Part shown: piece by piece, positions 12,006-23,192 of the stretch
How the letters are laid out: each line of letters begins with the position of its first letter
Position numbering within the stretch: position 1 is the first letter of the stretch
Assembly (NCBI GenBank): GCA_965240325.2
Contig: OZ251242.1
Span: forward strand, 992,001 to 1,056,000
Direction: 5' to 3'
Origin: Rebecca billardiae RCC1528
Lineage: Eukaryota > Protista > Haptophyta
DNA: 64,000 nucleotides
Translations under genes and position numbers: made by a program
Notes under the pieces: generated by a model
The model's input: only the letters and a program-made list of their open reading frames with translations
What the model was told of the DNA's origin: nothing
Databases searched by the model: none

Positions 12006-12200
12006 TATATACGCGGTTACATCATTACGGTTATTCATTATTGCAGTACAGTCCGCCGAATGATGACGAGGCGAATCGGACTGCGCTGCTGCTGCTGATG
12101 CTGCTGATGACTATACTGAGTGTACGGTCTGATTAGTGATTGTACTACGTCCGTGCTGAAATAACCGTGACCGCGAGCGGCATCGGACGTAGTATCCGGT

Positions 12201-12316
<116 letters not shown>

Positions 12317-14024
12317 GGCAGGGCCTTGCCGTGGCCGCCGAGTCCGGGCGGCCGACCGAGTCTCTCAGTAGTCTCGGGCCCTCTGCACTCGAATACAAAG
12401 CAGTGCGCAGCGCAAATAACCATCGTCGTCGTCATATCGTCGCAGCTATCATGCGCGCTTCGGGCCGACTCATGCTGCCGAGGCCGGGCTCAGCTCCGCA
12501 CCGGCGGGTACGCTTATATCATTGGCCGGCGCGCGGCGACGCTGCTGCCGTTCTACTACGACCTCGTTAGTCATCCGCTTGCTCATCCAGGCGCCCACGC
12601 GGGCGCACGGGGGCGACCGGCCGCGGCTGCCGCCTGCCGCAGCTGCTCGTCGCTAGCAGGTCGGCGGGCTGGCGACATCGACGACTACGACCTCGCACCC
12701 TCATCCAAGTAGTGCTCACGCCGGAAGGCGCTCGGCCGCGGCGCCGCCATCCGATCACTTGGCTGCCCGTCATCGCTGACTTGCCGCGGCCGCAACCGCG
12801 TTCGCGTGCCCCGCACGGGCCGAAGCGGTGCTCCACTCCGCGAGACCTGAGACCACTCCCGCACCCGGGGCCGGGGCCCGCCGCTGTGTGCGAATCAAGC
12901 CTCGACGGGCGTCGGCCAACCCGTCGGCCACAGGATGCCCACTTTTGCCCGTTCATCGGCCAGTGGCCGACTACGACGAATAAATGCATAAATGAATATA
13001 TATATATATATTCATTCATCCCTTTGTCTTTTTCGGCAAAAGATTATTCACCACTCGGGCAGAACGTATGGTACCCCAACGAGGTCGGCTTGACTCTGTC
13101 TGGGCATGATCTCGTCGCAGAAGCTGCTTGCAGCCGACTACTGTGCTGCGGCAGCCACCGCTCGTCCGCTCGCCGCGAGGCTGCCGCAGTCGCCGCGTCG
13201 GCAGACGTGGTCTGCGTGAGACGATGCCGCAGCGCTGCTGGCAGTGCAAGCGCGAGCCGTGGCAGAAGTAGGGGCGGTCGTGGGCGCGAGCGTGGGCGCG
13301 GTCGCGGGCGCGGGTGCGGCCGCTGACTCGCCCTCGGAGTCTCGCCGGGCTCGCCGCCTGCTGCACCTCGCGTCCTTCACTCGCCGGGCCGGCGCGCAGA
13401 ATCGGCAAATACATCGCAATAGACATAGTCGCCTGTAACTGATATAGTATATCAGATTAACACACACAGGCACACACACACACCTGCCAAGCTCGGTCGA
13501 GACCGCCACTGGGGCTCAACAAGTCGTCCACCAGTTGGGTCGGCCGAGCCTCGGGGCCGCCCTCTCGAACTACGACCGTGCAGAATCGGACAGTGCTGCA
13601 GCCCGCGCGGCGTGCTCACGCGGCCATCGTCACGTCCACGATTCACGCGCCGGCGCCGTGGCCGTGCCGTCCGGCGCGGCCTACGAGCAGTACGGCGGTC
13701 CGGCCGCCGGACGGCCATCGGCCAATACCCATCGGCCAGAGATGGATGGTCGACCGCTAACCATCGGCCATGGCCGCCTAGCGGCCACTATCATCGGTCA
13801 TGGCCGGCCATATAGGCCTTGATTCGCACATAGGCCCGCCGAAGAAGTCTAGATCTAGATGAGACGACACCGAGCGATCAGCGCGCTATAGACTATCAGA
13901 GCCGATGACGAGCCTTGACGAGTAGTGACGACGACGAGAACAGCGATCTCTGACGATGATATGACTTCGTCGTTCTTATTATTATTGCATGAGTCGTCGT
14001 CGCGGGTTCAGGGTTGCCGCTCAC

Positions 14025-15386
14025 TCACACCACGCCCCACACGAACGTGTAAGGCTGGCTGGTGCCACTGCGGCTTGAAACCGGGCGCCGTGAGATCCCG
14101 GCGTACGCCGGGCCGTCGGGATCCGGGAAGCGCAAGGGCGCTTCCGCCACCGTCCCGTCATCAGCTCCGCCGCGGTTCGGCTGAGCGTGAGTCTCCGGTG
14201 CTGCCATCGTCGTCTGCGCGTGCGCGCGGCCGTCGGCCGGCGCGGCGGCGTCGAGGGCGCGGCCCGGGTGCGGCGACGCGCCGCCGATGGGGGCAAATCC
14301 GACCGAGGAGGCCGGCACGCCGCGCTCGTCGACGCCGTGCCCGCCGCGCACGGCACCGGCGGACCTTGGCCGCGCGTACGCGCTCGCGTAAACCGTGCTG
14401 AGCGGCTGCTCGCCGCGCGCGCTCTGCGCGCCGCCCTCGGCCCGGCCGGGGAAGGCGGCATCGGCGTTCTCGCCGAAGCCCGCGGCGGGATCCAGCGCCA
14501 GCGTGCCGCCCCAGCCGTGCTCGGATAGGCGGAGCCCCGCCTGCGTGCGCAGCCCGGCCGCGGACAGCGGGCGCGCGCCAAGCGCCGCGCGAGAGCCGCT
14601 CACCTGCAGAACGTATCGTGGCAGCCCGCGGCCGGCGCCGCCGCCGGCGCCGCCCGTGCCGCCCGGCGAAGTCGTGGCGGCGGCGTCCCACGGCCTGCGG
14701 GGCGAGACGCCGCGGCCGTACGCGCGCGCGTCGTACCACTCCGCCACGCCGGCCCCGGCGGTCTCGGCGAAGCGCGGCACGCTCCGCGCGACGATCACCT
14801 CCGCCACCTCCTGCGGCATGAAGCCCAGAGTGCGACGGCCGCGGTCGCCGCGCGGCGTCGAGTGCGCGACGTGCCCGGGCGATGGCCCGGCTGAGGCCCG
14901 ACGTGGGCCGCGCGGAGGGCCGGCGGGCCGAGCCGTCGCGCTCGCGCGCATGGCGGCGGCAGAGCCCGGGCGCACCCGCGGCGCCGGCGCCGCGCCGGGC
15001 GGCGAGGCCGCGCGCGGCGGTGACGGCGACGCTGCCGCCGGAGGCGGGCTCGACGCACGACCAGGGTCGTAGTCACGCGGCAAGGAGCTCGGCTTGCTGG
15101 GCAGCTCGATGCCGCGAGCGCGCGCCCGGCTCGACGCACGCGGCGTGCCCACCATCGTCTGCGCCTTGAGCTGCGGCGGTGGTGCCTCCATCTTGCGCGG
15201 CGTCAGGCCGGTCAGTCCCGGCACGCCTCGCCGCAGCTGACTCGCGCGCGCGGAGCTCGGCCGCGGGTGGTTGGTGTACAGGCTGGATGCGGGCGGCGCA
15301 CGGCGGGGTGGTTGCGCGGGCTGCACCGGCGGCTGGGCGCCCCGCGCACGGGGCGTGTGATCTGCTTGCAGCGTGAAGTAGGGCAT
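14025..15386 (-). CDS. Hypothetical low-complexity (Pro/Ala/Gly/Arg-rich) protein
   Basis: ATG at 15386 (MPYFTLQ), open to TGA at 14025. Lies head-to-head with HRD1 across a 165-bp gap. No recognisable domain. Confidence 0.5.
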   Translation of the reverse strand: MPYFTLQADHTPRARGAQPPVQPAQPPRRAPPASSLYTNHPRPSSARASQLRRGVPGLTGLTPRKMEAPPPQLKAQTMVGTPRASSRARARGIELPSKPSSLPRDYDPGRASSPPPAAASPSPPRAASPPGAAPAPRVRPGSAAAMRASATARPAGPPRGPRRASAGPSPGHVAHSTPRGDRGRRTLGFMPQEVAEVIVARSVPRFAETAGAGVAEWYDARAYGRGVSPRRPWDAAATTSPGGTGGAGGGAGRGLPRYVLQVSGSRAALGARPLSAAGLRTQAGLRLSEHGWGGTLALDPAAGFGENADAAFPGRAEGGAQSARGEQPLSTVYASAYARPRSAGAVRGGHGVDERGVPASSVGFAPIGGASPHPGRALDAAAPADGRAHAQTTMAAPETHAQPNRGGADDGTVAEAPLRFPDPDGPAYAGISRRPVSSRSGTSQPYTFVWGVV

Positions 15387-15551
15387 GGGTGCGGGCTCAG
15401 CGGCGGTCGGCCATCGTACGAGTAACGATTTCCCCCAGCCACCGTGGGGAAAAAAACATCCACTCGCTCGCCGCCATCGTGCCACATCAGCGACATCGCG
15501 ACGGCCACCAAGCCAAGCGCCACCGAGGCCAAGCCGAACGACCGCCCCGCC

Positions 15552-16876
15552 ATGCGGCTGCACGCGTACGCCGCGCTGTCGACGGTGGCTTGCGTGGCGG
15601 TGATCTGGCATGCGTTCGCCGAGAAGACGCAGTTCTACCCGGCCATGCTCTACCTGCAGGCCTCGAAGATCTCGTTCGTCGCCATCTGCAACATGGTGCT
15701 CGTGCTCGGGATCCTCTTTGGCCGCGCGATGACGTCGCTCTTCCTCGGCAACCTGCGCATGATCGAGGTGGAGCACCTGTACGACCGCTCGTGGTACGCG
15801 GTGACCGAGACGTGCCTCGCGATGACCATCTTCCGCGAGGAGTTCAACGTGCGCTTCATCATGATGTTTGGTGTGCTTCTCTTCCTCAAGATCATGCACT
15901 GGCTCGCGCAGGACCGGGTGGACTTCATCGAGCAGTCGCCCAACGTGCGCGTGATGACGCACGCGCGGCTGCTCGCGCTGCTCGCGCTGCTCACCACCGT
16001 CGACGGCGCCTTCCTCTTCTTCGCGCTCTCCACCACCGCGCGCAAGGGGCCGAGCGTGCTGCTCCTGTTTGCGTTCGAGACGATGATTCTCAAGTCGACG
16101 ATTCTCTTCGTGTACTTCAAGTACCTCTTCTTCGCGATCGACCGGCTGATGCACGGGCGGTGGGAGCAGAAGGGCGAGTGGCTCTTCTACCTCGAGCTCG
16201 TCACCGACATGATGCAGCTCATCCTCTACCTCCTCTTCTTCCTCATGATCTTCACGTTCTACGGACTGCCGCTGCACATTGTGCGCGAACTCTACATCAC
16301 GTTCCGAAACTTCAGGCAGCGGCTCAGCGACTTTTTGCGGTACAGGCGCGTGATGGGGCAGCTCGGCTCGCTCGAGCCGGTGACGGACGACGTGCGCGCG
16401 CGCTGCGGCCGCCGCCGAGCCCGCACCCCCTCGCGCCGCTCGCGCACACCGCACCTCGCCGCCTGGCCGTGGCACGCGCGCACGTGACTGTGTCCTGTGC
16501 GCACGCGCGCGCGCACCCCGACGCGCAGGACCTGTCGTACGACCCGACGTGCATCATCTGCCGCGAGGAGGTGACGCTGGCGAACGCGAAGAAGCTGCGC
16601 TGCGGCCACCTCTTCCACGTCCACTGCCTGCGCTCCTGGCTGCAGCGGCAGCAGACGTGCCCCACCTGCCGCGCGGCTGTCTTCCCGACCGAGCCGCCGC
16701 CGCCGCCGCCGCCGCCGCCACAGCCGCAGCCGCAGCCGCCGCAGCAGCCGCCGGCGCAGCTCCCCGCGCTGGGGCACCAGCCGCCGCAGCCGTTCCAGAT
16801 GGGAGCGGTGGGCCCGGGCGCGCACGCCCCGCCGCAGCCGCGCGCGCCGCCGGCAGGGGGCGCCGAGCAGGGAGGC

Positions 16877-16907
<31 letters not shown>

Positions 16908-18405
16908 CGGCGGCGCGCCCCGAGGCGAGTGGCGCGCGCGGTGCGCCGCGGCCGGGCGGCGCGGGTGCGCAGGGCGAGGCGGCCGAGGGCGCGGGCGGGC
17001 GCGGCGGCTTCGCAGGGATGCCCCCGCCGGACGCGGCGCGTGCCGCTGCCGCCGCCGCCGGCGCGCCACCGCTGCCGGGCTGGCCACACGGGCCGATGAT
17101 GATGCCGCCTCCAATGGCGCGCGGCGCGGGTATGGGCGCCTTCCCCCAGTACCCGCAGTACCCGGCCGGCTACCCACCGGGCTTCGCGCAAGGCTTCCCG
17201 CAGCACATGGGCGGCCTGCCGCCGTACATGCTGCCCCAGGCCGGGATGGGCGGCGCCGCCTTTGGCGGCCAGCTGCCGGGGATGCTCCCGCCTCCGTTCG
17301 GGCTCGGAGCGGCGATGTTTGGCGGCGGGATGGGCGGGCTCGGGCCGCCTCCGTACGCGCACGCGGCCGGGGTGCAGCTGCCGCCGCACATGCTCGGCGC
17401 GCCGCCGCATGCGCACACGCCCGGCGGCGGCGGCGCGCAGCCGGGCGCGGCCGCGCAGCCCGCGGCGGCGGGCAGCAACTCCGGCGCGCTCGACGGAGCT
17501 GGAACCGCAGCCCCAGGCACCGTGCCTGTGGGCGGGTTTGGGGCGGGCGGGCCGCCGCCCGCGCAGCTGCCTGGGGGCTACGGCGCGGGCGGGCTGCCCG
17601 GCGCGGCGGGCCCCATGCCCTTCGGGCCGCCGATGTTCCTGCCGGGTGCCCACGCGGCGGCGGCCATGGCGCCGCCCGCCCTGCTTGGTGCATACGGCTG
17701 GTCGCCGTTCCCGCCGCAGCCGGCGGGCGGCGCCGGCGCCGACGAGGGCGGCTCGCAGCAGCAGCCACTGGGCGGCACCCCTGGTGCTGCGGCGGGCGCG
17801 CCCCCGGGGTTCCCCGCCGGGCCTCCGGGCTTCGCGCTGCCGTTCCCGTGGGCCAGCCCGCTCGCGCACGCGCCGCCCGCCGCGCCGAGCCAGGCAGCCC
17901 ACGCGGCCGACAGCGCGCACGCCGCCGCCGCCGCCGCCGCCTCGGATGAGATGTCAAAGTTGCAGGTGCGTGCGTGCGCGTGCGCGCGCGGTAGGGGCGC
18001 GCGTCCGCGCGAGGCCCGGCGCGCGAGGTGCCCCGTCGCGCGGTGTGCGCCGACCGACCGCCGCGGTGCGGCCACCCACGCCGCCCTCGCCGCGCGCCGC
18101 AGGCTGAGCTTCAGGAGCTGCGGGCGACAGTGCGGTCGCTACGGGCGGCGCAGCGCGCAGAGGGCGGGGAGCCCGCCGCAGCGGCGGCCGCCACGAGCGC
18201 CGCGGACAGCGGGCAGGCCGCAGCGGGCGCGTCGGACGCGGGCACGCCGGAGCGCGCGGGCGCGCCCGCGGACAGCAGCAGCAGCGGCGCCGCAGCCGAC
18301 GCCGGCGCGTCGGGGTCGGTGGGCGAGACGCCGGAGGAGCTGCGCCGCCGGCGCGCCGCGTACTTTGAGTCGCAGTCTGCCGCGAGCTCGCGAGGGCCCG
18401 ACTGA
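15552..18405 (+). CDS. HRD1: ERAD E3 ubiquitin ligase HRD1/synoviolin
   Basis: N-terminal TM region with QFYPAMLYL, FLGNLRMIEVEHLYDRSWYAVTETCLAMTIFREEF, HWLAQDRVDFIE and YGLPLHIVRELY. RING-H2 CIICREE..KKLRCGHLFHVHCLRSWLQRQQTCPTCR. C-terminal ELRRRRAAYF is VCP-binding-like. Exons 15552-16391, 16529-17965, 18103-18405. Confidence 0.95.
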
Positions 18406-18907
18406 TCGAGCGCGGGGGCATGGTGGCCAACGCCCCGGTGGCATCGCTCCCAGGCATACTGTGACGAGGCTGTGCACAATTCCCGCCGCGGCGCAAGCGC
18501 GGCCTGCGCGCAATATCGGACCGCGGTGGGCGCGCCGCCGTGGGCGCGGTCAGCTGACCGTGCATGCGCCAATAGCTATAGCGCGCCGTAGTAGTGAGTG
18601 GCACTGCCGCGCCGGTCAGAACTCATCAGATGATCATCGTCATCAGCTTGAAGCTGTAGCTTGCTGTACTCTCGCCCCGGGCCTCCGCGCGCCGCCGCTC
18701 CGTGGCACCGTGCCGCTGGCGTGCCGCGCCGGCGGTGGGCCTACGGGGCGGATGCTCACCATCACGACTGCTGCTGTACTGTATCATTGTACCGGAGTCA
18801 CTTATCCGCCCGAGGAAATACGGCCGGCCAACGGTCATCCAAGGGCCCTTGCCCGTTGGGTCATCGCATGGACGACCGCGCTCGCGGGCATTGAGCCTCA
18901 CGACGAC

Positions 18908-20737
18908 ATGGAGCCCTCGCGCAAGCGCTCGCTCGCGGACGACGGCGCCGCCGCCGCGTCCCCATTCTTCGAGATGCCGTGCGCGCTGTGCGGCGATCGT
19001 ATTGGGAGTCAGCCGTGGGCGCAGCTCGCGTGCGGCGACGAGCACGTCGCGCACAACGTGTGCCTCTTCCAGCGCGCGCTCGCGTCCAAGCGCTGCGTCG
19101 TGCGGTGCGGCCGGCCGGGGTGCAAGCGCGTGACGAAGGCGGCGTCGGCGAGGACGCAGTACGACGGCATTCACGAGCTGGGCACTCTGCGCCATGTCGC
19201 CGTCGCGACGTGCACAGGCTGCGCCGCGCCCCACGGGGCGACAGGCTTGCAGCGCGAGCCGCCGCCCAGCCACACGGCGGCAGCACCAACAGAGACAGCT
19301 GGCCTCACGCTGTGCGACCTGCCGACGGACGTGGTCGCGCGCATCCTCGGCTGGCTCGAGTGCGCGCATGATCTGGCGAGTACCAACGCCACGTCGCGCC
19401 TCTTCCGCGGCGCGCCCGGCGAACGCTCGCCGGTGGAGCACGCGCTGCGCGAGCGCGCGCGGCAGCGTGGGCACGAGGGCGCGCTGCCGGCGGCTCTCCC
19501 CGCGCACGCGTGCTCGTGGCGGGCGGAGCTGTTCGCGCGCGAGCGTGTGCTGGAGCATGCGGATGCGCACGCGTATGTGGTTGGGTGTGGCACTGATGAG
19601 GATGAACTTGCGATGTTCAGCGCGTTCGTGGACGCGTCTGGCGGGCTGCACACGTGCGGCGAGGAGTCTGGTGAGACAGGGCTGTGCGCGCCCGCTGCGC
19701 TGGGCCATCCGGAGCTGCAAGACTCGGCGGTCCTCGTGCCGACGCGCGTGGCATCGCTGTCGGCAGTGTGCATGCGCGCGGTGGCGGCTGGGCGTCGACA
19801 CATGCTCGCGCTGAGCGACGGTGGTGCCGTGTACGCGTGCGGTCAGAATGACTACGGTCAGCTGGGCCTGGGCGACAAGGAGGTGCGCCGAGTCTTCACC
19901 GCGCTGGGCATGAGCAGCACGGGGCTCGTCGTGGGCATCGCCGCTGGTGCGAAGCACAGCCTCGCGCTCACTGCCGCGGGCGGTGTGTACAGCTGGGGTT
20001 GTAGCGATTACGGCCAGCTCGGCCACGGCGACACTGAGAATCGGCTGGAGCCTGTGCGCATCGAGGCGCTGGACGGTGTGCGCGTGGGCGGCATGTCCGC
20101 TGGTTACGGGACCACGCTGCTGCTGTCGACGAGCGGCGCCGTGTACTCGTGCGGTGGCGGCGAAGCAGGCCGCCTCGGGCATGGCGACCAGCAAGATCTG
20201 CTTACGCCTCGGCGCATCGAGGCGCTGGAAGGCGTGCGCGCCGTGCACGTGAGCGCTGGCGATTATCACGGCCTGGTGGTGGATGCCACGGGCGGTGTGC
20301 ACTCGTTCGGGCGTGGGATGCGTGGTTGCCGTGGCCATGGTGACGAATCTGACGCACTCGTGCCCAGGCGCACCGAGGCGCTGCAGGGCGTGCGCATCGT
20401 GCGCGCCAGCGCTGGCAGTGAGTGCAGCGCGGTGATCGGCGCGGACGGCAGCGTGTACACCTTTGGCGCCAACGAGCACGGCTTGCTCGGCATCGGCTCA
20501 GCTGGTGCAGATCAGCTGCTTCCGGTGCGCGTGCACGCCCCAGCGCATGGCCAGCTGATGGACTGCTTTCTCGAGTACCGCCAGGCGCTTTGGATCACGT
20601 CGGATTGCGTTGCGCTCTCGTGTGGCAGGCAGTCTGCAGCGCTCGGCCACGGTGTGAGCTCTGTCGACGGGATGGCTGACCTCTTCTCTCCTGCGCGAAT
20701 CACGCAGCTGCCACCCCTGCGGCGCCGGGGTGCGTAG
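18908..20737 (+). CDS. RING-like/F-box/RCC1-repeat protein, copy 1 (609 aa)
   Basis: MEPSRKRS (NLS-like); C-x2-C-x13-C-x3-H-x2-H-x2-C-x14-C-x4-C; F-box LCDLPTDVVARILGWL..DL...ATSRLFR; about 7 RCC1 blades (AAGxxH..LAL..GxVYSWG.N..GQLGHG). Intronless. Confidence 0.9.
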   Translation: MEPSRKRSLADDGAAAASPFFEMPCALCGDRIGSQPWAQLACGDEHVAHNVCLFQRALASKRCVVRCGRPGCKRVTKAASARTQYDGIHELGTLRHVAVATCTGCAAPHGATGLQREPPPSHTAAAPTETAGLTLCDLPTDVVARILGWLECAHDLASTNATSRLFRGAPGERSPVEHALRERARQRGHEGALPAALPAHACSWRAELFARERVLEHADAHAYVVGCGTDEDELAMFSAFVDASGGLHTCGEESGETGLCAPAALGHPELQDSAVLVPTRVASLSAVCMRAVAAGRRHMLALSDGGAVYACGQNDYGQLGLGDKEVRRVFTALGMSSTGLVVGIAAGAKHSLALTAAGGVYSWGCSDYGQLGHGDTENRLEPVRIEALDGVRVGGMSAGYGTTLLLSTSGAVYSCGGGEAGRLGHGDQQDLLTPRRIEALEGVRAVHVSAGDYHGLVVDATGGVHSFGRGMRGCRGHGDESDALVPRRTEALQGVRIVRASAGSECSAVIGADGSVYTFGANEHGLLGIGSAGADQLLPVRVHAPAHGQLMDCFLEYRQALWITSDCVALSCGRQSAALGHGVSSVDGMADLFSPARITQLPPLRRRGA

Positions 20738-21066
20738 CACTCGGTGCGCGGTGGCGTGGAGCCAAGTCGCAACTACCGGCCGGCGCGTGCTCGTGGCAGC
20801 CGCCGATGGAGACGCAGGCGGCGCGTGACGGCACGTAAGCCGTATATTGATTGTCAGCGAGCAAACGCGGGTGCTCCGGCTGTCCTAGCCGGCAGCAGCA
20901 CATGACGATGATGAACGCCTTAGTACCCCCATACAGTGTATTCACGGGCGGCCGCGATACAGTCGTACAGACAGTACTGTACTGTACGCTGATGTACAAT
21001 CGACGACGAAATTCGCCGCCCAGAGGTCCACCACACGACCGCGCGCGCAGTCGAGGTCCGGACGAC

Positions 21067-22839
21067 ATGGAGCCCTCGCGCAAGCGCTCGCTCGTGGACG
21101 ACGGCGCCGCTGCCGCGTCCCAGGTCTTCGAGGTGCCGTGCGCGCTGTGCGGCGATCGTATTGGGAGCCAGCCGTGGGCGCAGCTCGCGTGCGGCGACGA
21201 GCACGTCGCGCACAACGTGTGCCTCTTCCAGCGCGCGCTCGCGTCCGAGCGCTGCGTCGTGCGGTGCGGCCGGCCGGGGTGCAAGCGCGTGACGAAGGCG
21301 GCGTCGGCGAGGACGCAGTACGACGGCATTCACGAGCTGGGCACTCTGCGCCATGTCGCCGTCGCGACGTGCACAGGCTGCGCCGCGCCGAACGAGTCGA
21401 CAGCCGCGCAGCGCGAGCCACCTCCCAGCGACACGGCGGCAGCGCCGACGGAGCCGGCTGGCCTCACGCTGTGCGACCTGCCGACGGACGTGGTGTCGCG
21501 CATCCTCGGCTGGCTCGAGTGCGCGCGTGATCTGGCGACTGCCAACGCCACGTCGCGCCTCTTCCGCGGCGCGCCCGGCGAACGCTCGCCGGTGGAGCAC
21601 GTTCTGCGCGAGCGCGCGCGGCAGCGCGGGCACGAGGGCGCGCTGCCGGCGGCTCTCCCCGTGCACGCGTGCTCGTGGCGGGCTGAGCTGTTCGCGCGCG
21701 AGCGTGTGCTGGAGCACGCGGATGCGTTCGCGTGCGTGGTTGGGTGTGGCACTGATGAGGATGAAATTGCGACGTTCAGCGCGTTCGTGGACGCATCGGG
21801 CGGGCTGCACACGTGCGGTGAGCAGTTTGGTCAGACAGGGCTGACGCGCGTGGCATCGCTCTCGGCAGTGCGCATGCGTGCGGTGGCTGCTGGCTATGAG
21901 CACCTGCTCGCGCTGAGCGACTGTGGTGCCGTGTACGCGTGCGGTCAGAATGACTACGGCCAGCTGGGCGTGGGCGACAAGGAGACGCGCCGTGTCTTCA
22001 CCGCGCTGGGCATGAGCAGCATGGGGCTCGTCGTGGGCATCGCCGCTGGTGCATACTACAGCCTTGCGCTCAGTGCTGCGGGTGGTGTGTACAGCTGGGG
22101 ATGGAACGAGTACGGCCAGCTCGGCCACGGCGACACTGAGGACCGGCTGGAGCCTGTGCGCATCGAGGCGCTGGACGGTGTGCGCGTGGGCGGCATGTCT
22201 GCTGGTTACGGGCACACACTGCTACTGTCGATGGGCGGTGCCGTGTACTCGTGCGGTGCCGGCCAAGCAGGCCGCCTCGGGCATGGCGACCAGCAACCCC
22301 TGCGCACGCCTCAGCGCATCGAGGCGCTGGAGGGCGTGCGCGCCGTGCATGTGAGCGCGGGCGAGGAGCACTGCCTGGTGGTGGATGCCACGGGCGGTGT
22401 GCACTCGTTCGGGTGGGGGGAGTCTGGTTGCCTTGGCCATGGTGACGACTCCGACACACTCGTGCCCAGGCGCATCGAGGCGCTGCAGGGCGTGCGCATC
22501 GTGCGCGCCAGCGCGGGCAGCCAGTGCAGCGCGGTGATGGGCGCGGACGGCAGCGTGTACGCGTTTGGCTCCAACGACCACGGCCAGCTCGGCATCGGCT
22601 CAGCTGGTGCAGATCAGCTGCTTCCGGTGCGCGTGCACGCCCCAGCGCATGGCCAGCTGGTGGACTGCTTTCTCGAGTACTGCAGGGCGCTTTGGATCAC
22701 GTCAGACGGCGGCGCGTACTCGTGTGGCAAGCAGTCTGCAGCGCTCGGCCACGATGTGAGCTCTGCCGACGGGATGCCCGACCTCGTCTCTCCTGCGCGC
22801 ATCGCGCAGCTGCCACCCCTGCTGCGCCGGGGTGCGTAG
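21067..22839 (+). CDS. RING-like/F-box/RCC1-repeat protein, copy 2 (590 aa; 19-aa in-frame deletion)
   Basis: Paralogue of copy 1 lacking CAPAALGH...VLVP at 21843/21844. Confidence 0.88.
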   Translation: MEPSRKRSLVDDGAAAASQVFEVPCALCGDRIGSQPWAQLACGDEHVAHNVCLFQRALASERCVVRCGRPGCKRVTKAASARTQYDGIHELGTLRHVAVATCTGCAAPNESTAAQREPPPSDTAAAPTEPAGLTLCDLPTDVVSRILGWLECARDLATANATSRLFRGAPGERSPVEHVLRERARQRGHEGALPAALPVHACSWRAELFARERVLEHADAFACVVGCGTDEDEIATFSAFVDASGGLHTCGEQFGQTGLTRVASLSAVRMRAVAAGYEHLLALSDCGAVYACGQNDYGQLGVGDKETRRVFTALGMSSMGLVVGIAAGAYYSLALSAAGGVYSWGWNEYGQLGHGDTEDRLEPVRIEALDGVRVGGMSAGYGHTLLLSMGGAVYSCGAGQAGRLGHGDQQPLRTPQRIEALEGVRAVHVSAGEEHCLVVDATGGVHSFGWGESGCLGHGDDSDTLVPRRIEALQGVRIVRASAGSQCSAVMGADGSVYAFGSNDHGQLGIGSAGADQLLPVRVHAPAHGQLVDCFLEYCRALWITSDGGAYSCGKQSAALGHDVSSADGMPDLVSPARIAQLPPLLRRGA

Positions 22840-23192
22840 CACTTGGTGCGCGGTGGCGTGGAGCCTAGTCACACGCAACTACCGGCCGGCGCGTGCTCGT
22901 GGCAGCCGCCGATGGAGACGCAGGCGGCGCGTGACGGCACGTAAGCCGTATATTGATGTCAGCGAGCAAACGCGGGTGCTCCGGCTGTCCTAGCAGGCAG
23001 CAGCACATGCCAATGATGAACGCCTTAGTACCCCCATACAGTATGAGTATCTGACAAGCGGGCGGCCGCGATACAGTCGTACAGACAGTACTGTACTGTA
23101 CGCTGTACAATCGACGACGAAATCCGCCGCGCCCAACGGTAAGAATCGCGATGACGACGCGAGGAGTGCGCAGAAAGCCTCACACCCACGAC

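Noticed and set aside
12319-13821. Possible degenerate TIR element or gene fragment (CAGGGCCT.../...AGGCCTTG ends, CATCGGCC repeats, GGYAYIIGRRAA peptide)
   Set aside because: Ends match imperfectly, there is no TSD, and the ORFs are short and inconsistent.
15389-20737. 1782-aa ORF fusing HRD1 to RCC1 copy 1
   Set aside because: Read-through across introns and intergenic DNA in stop-poor GC-rich sequence. Spliced HRD1 ends at 18405 and copy 1 starts at its own conserved ATG at 18908.
23014-23054. Box C/D snoRNA in the array spacer (ATGATGA...CTGA)
   Set aside because: Only about 41 nt, and the boxes are not kept in other spacers (CTAA, GACATGA).
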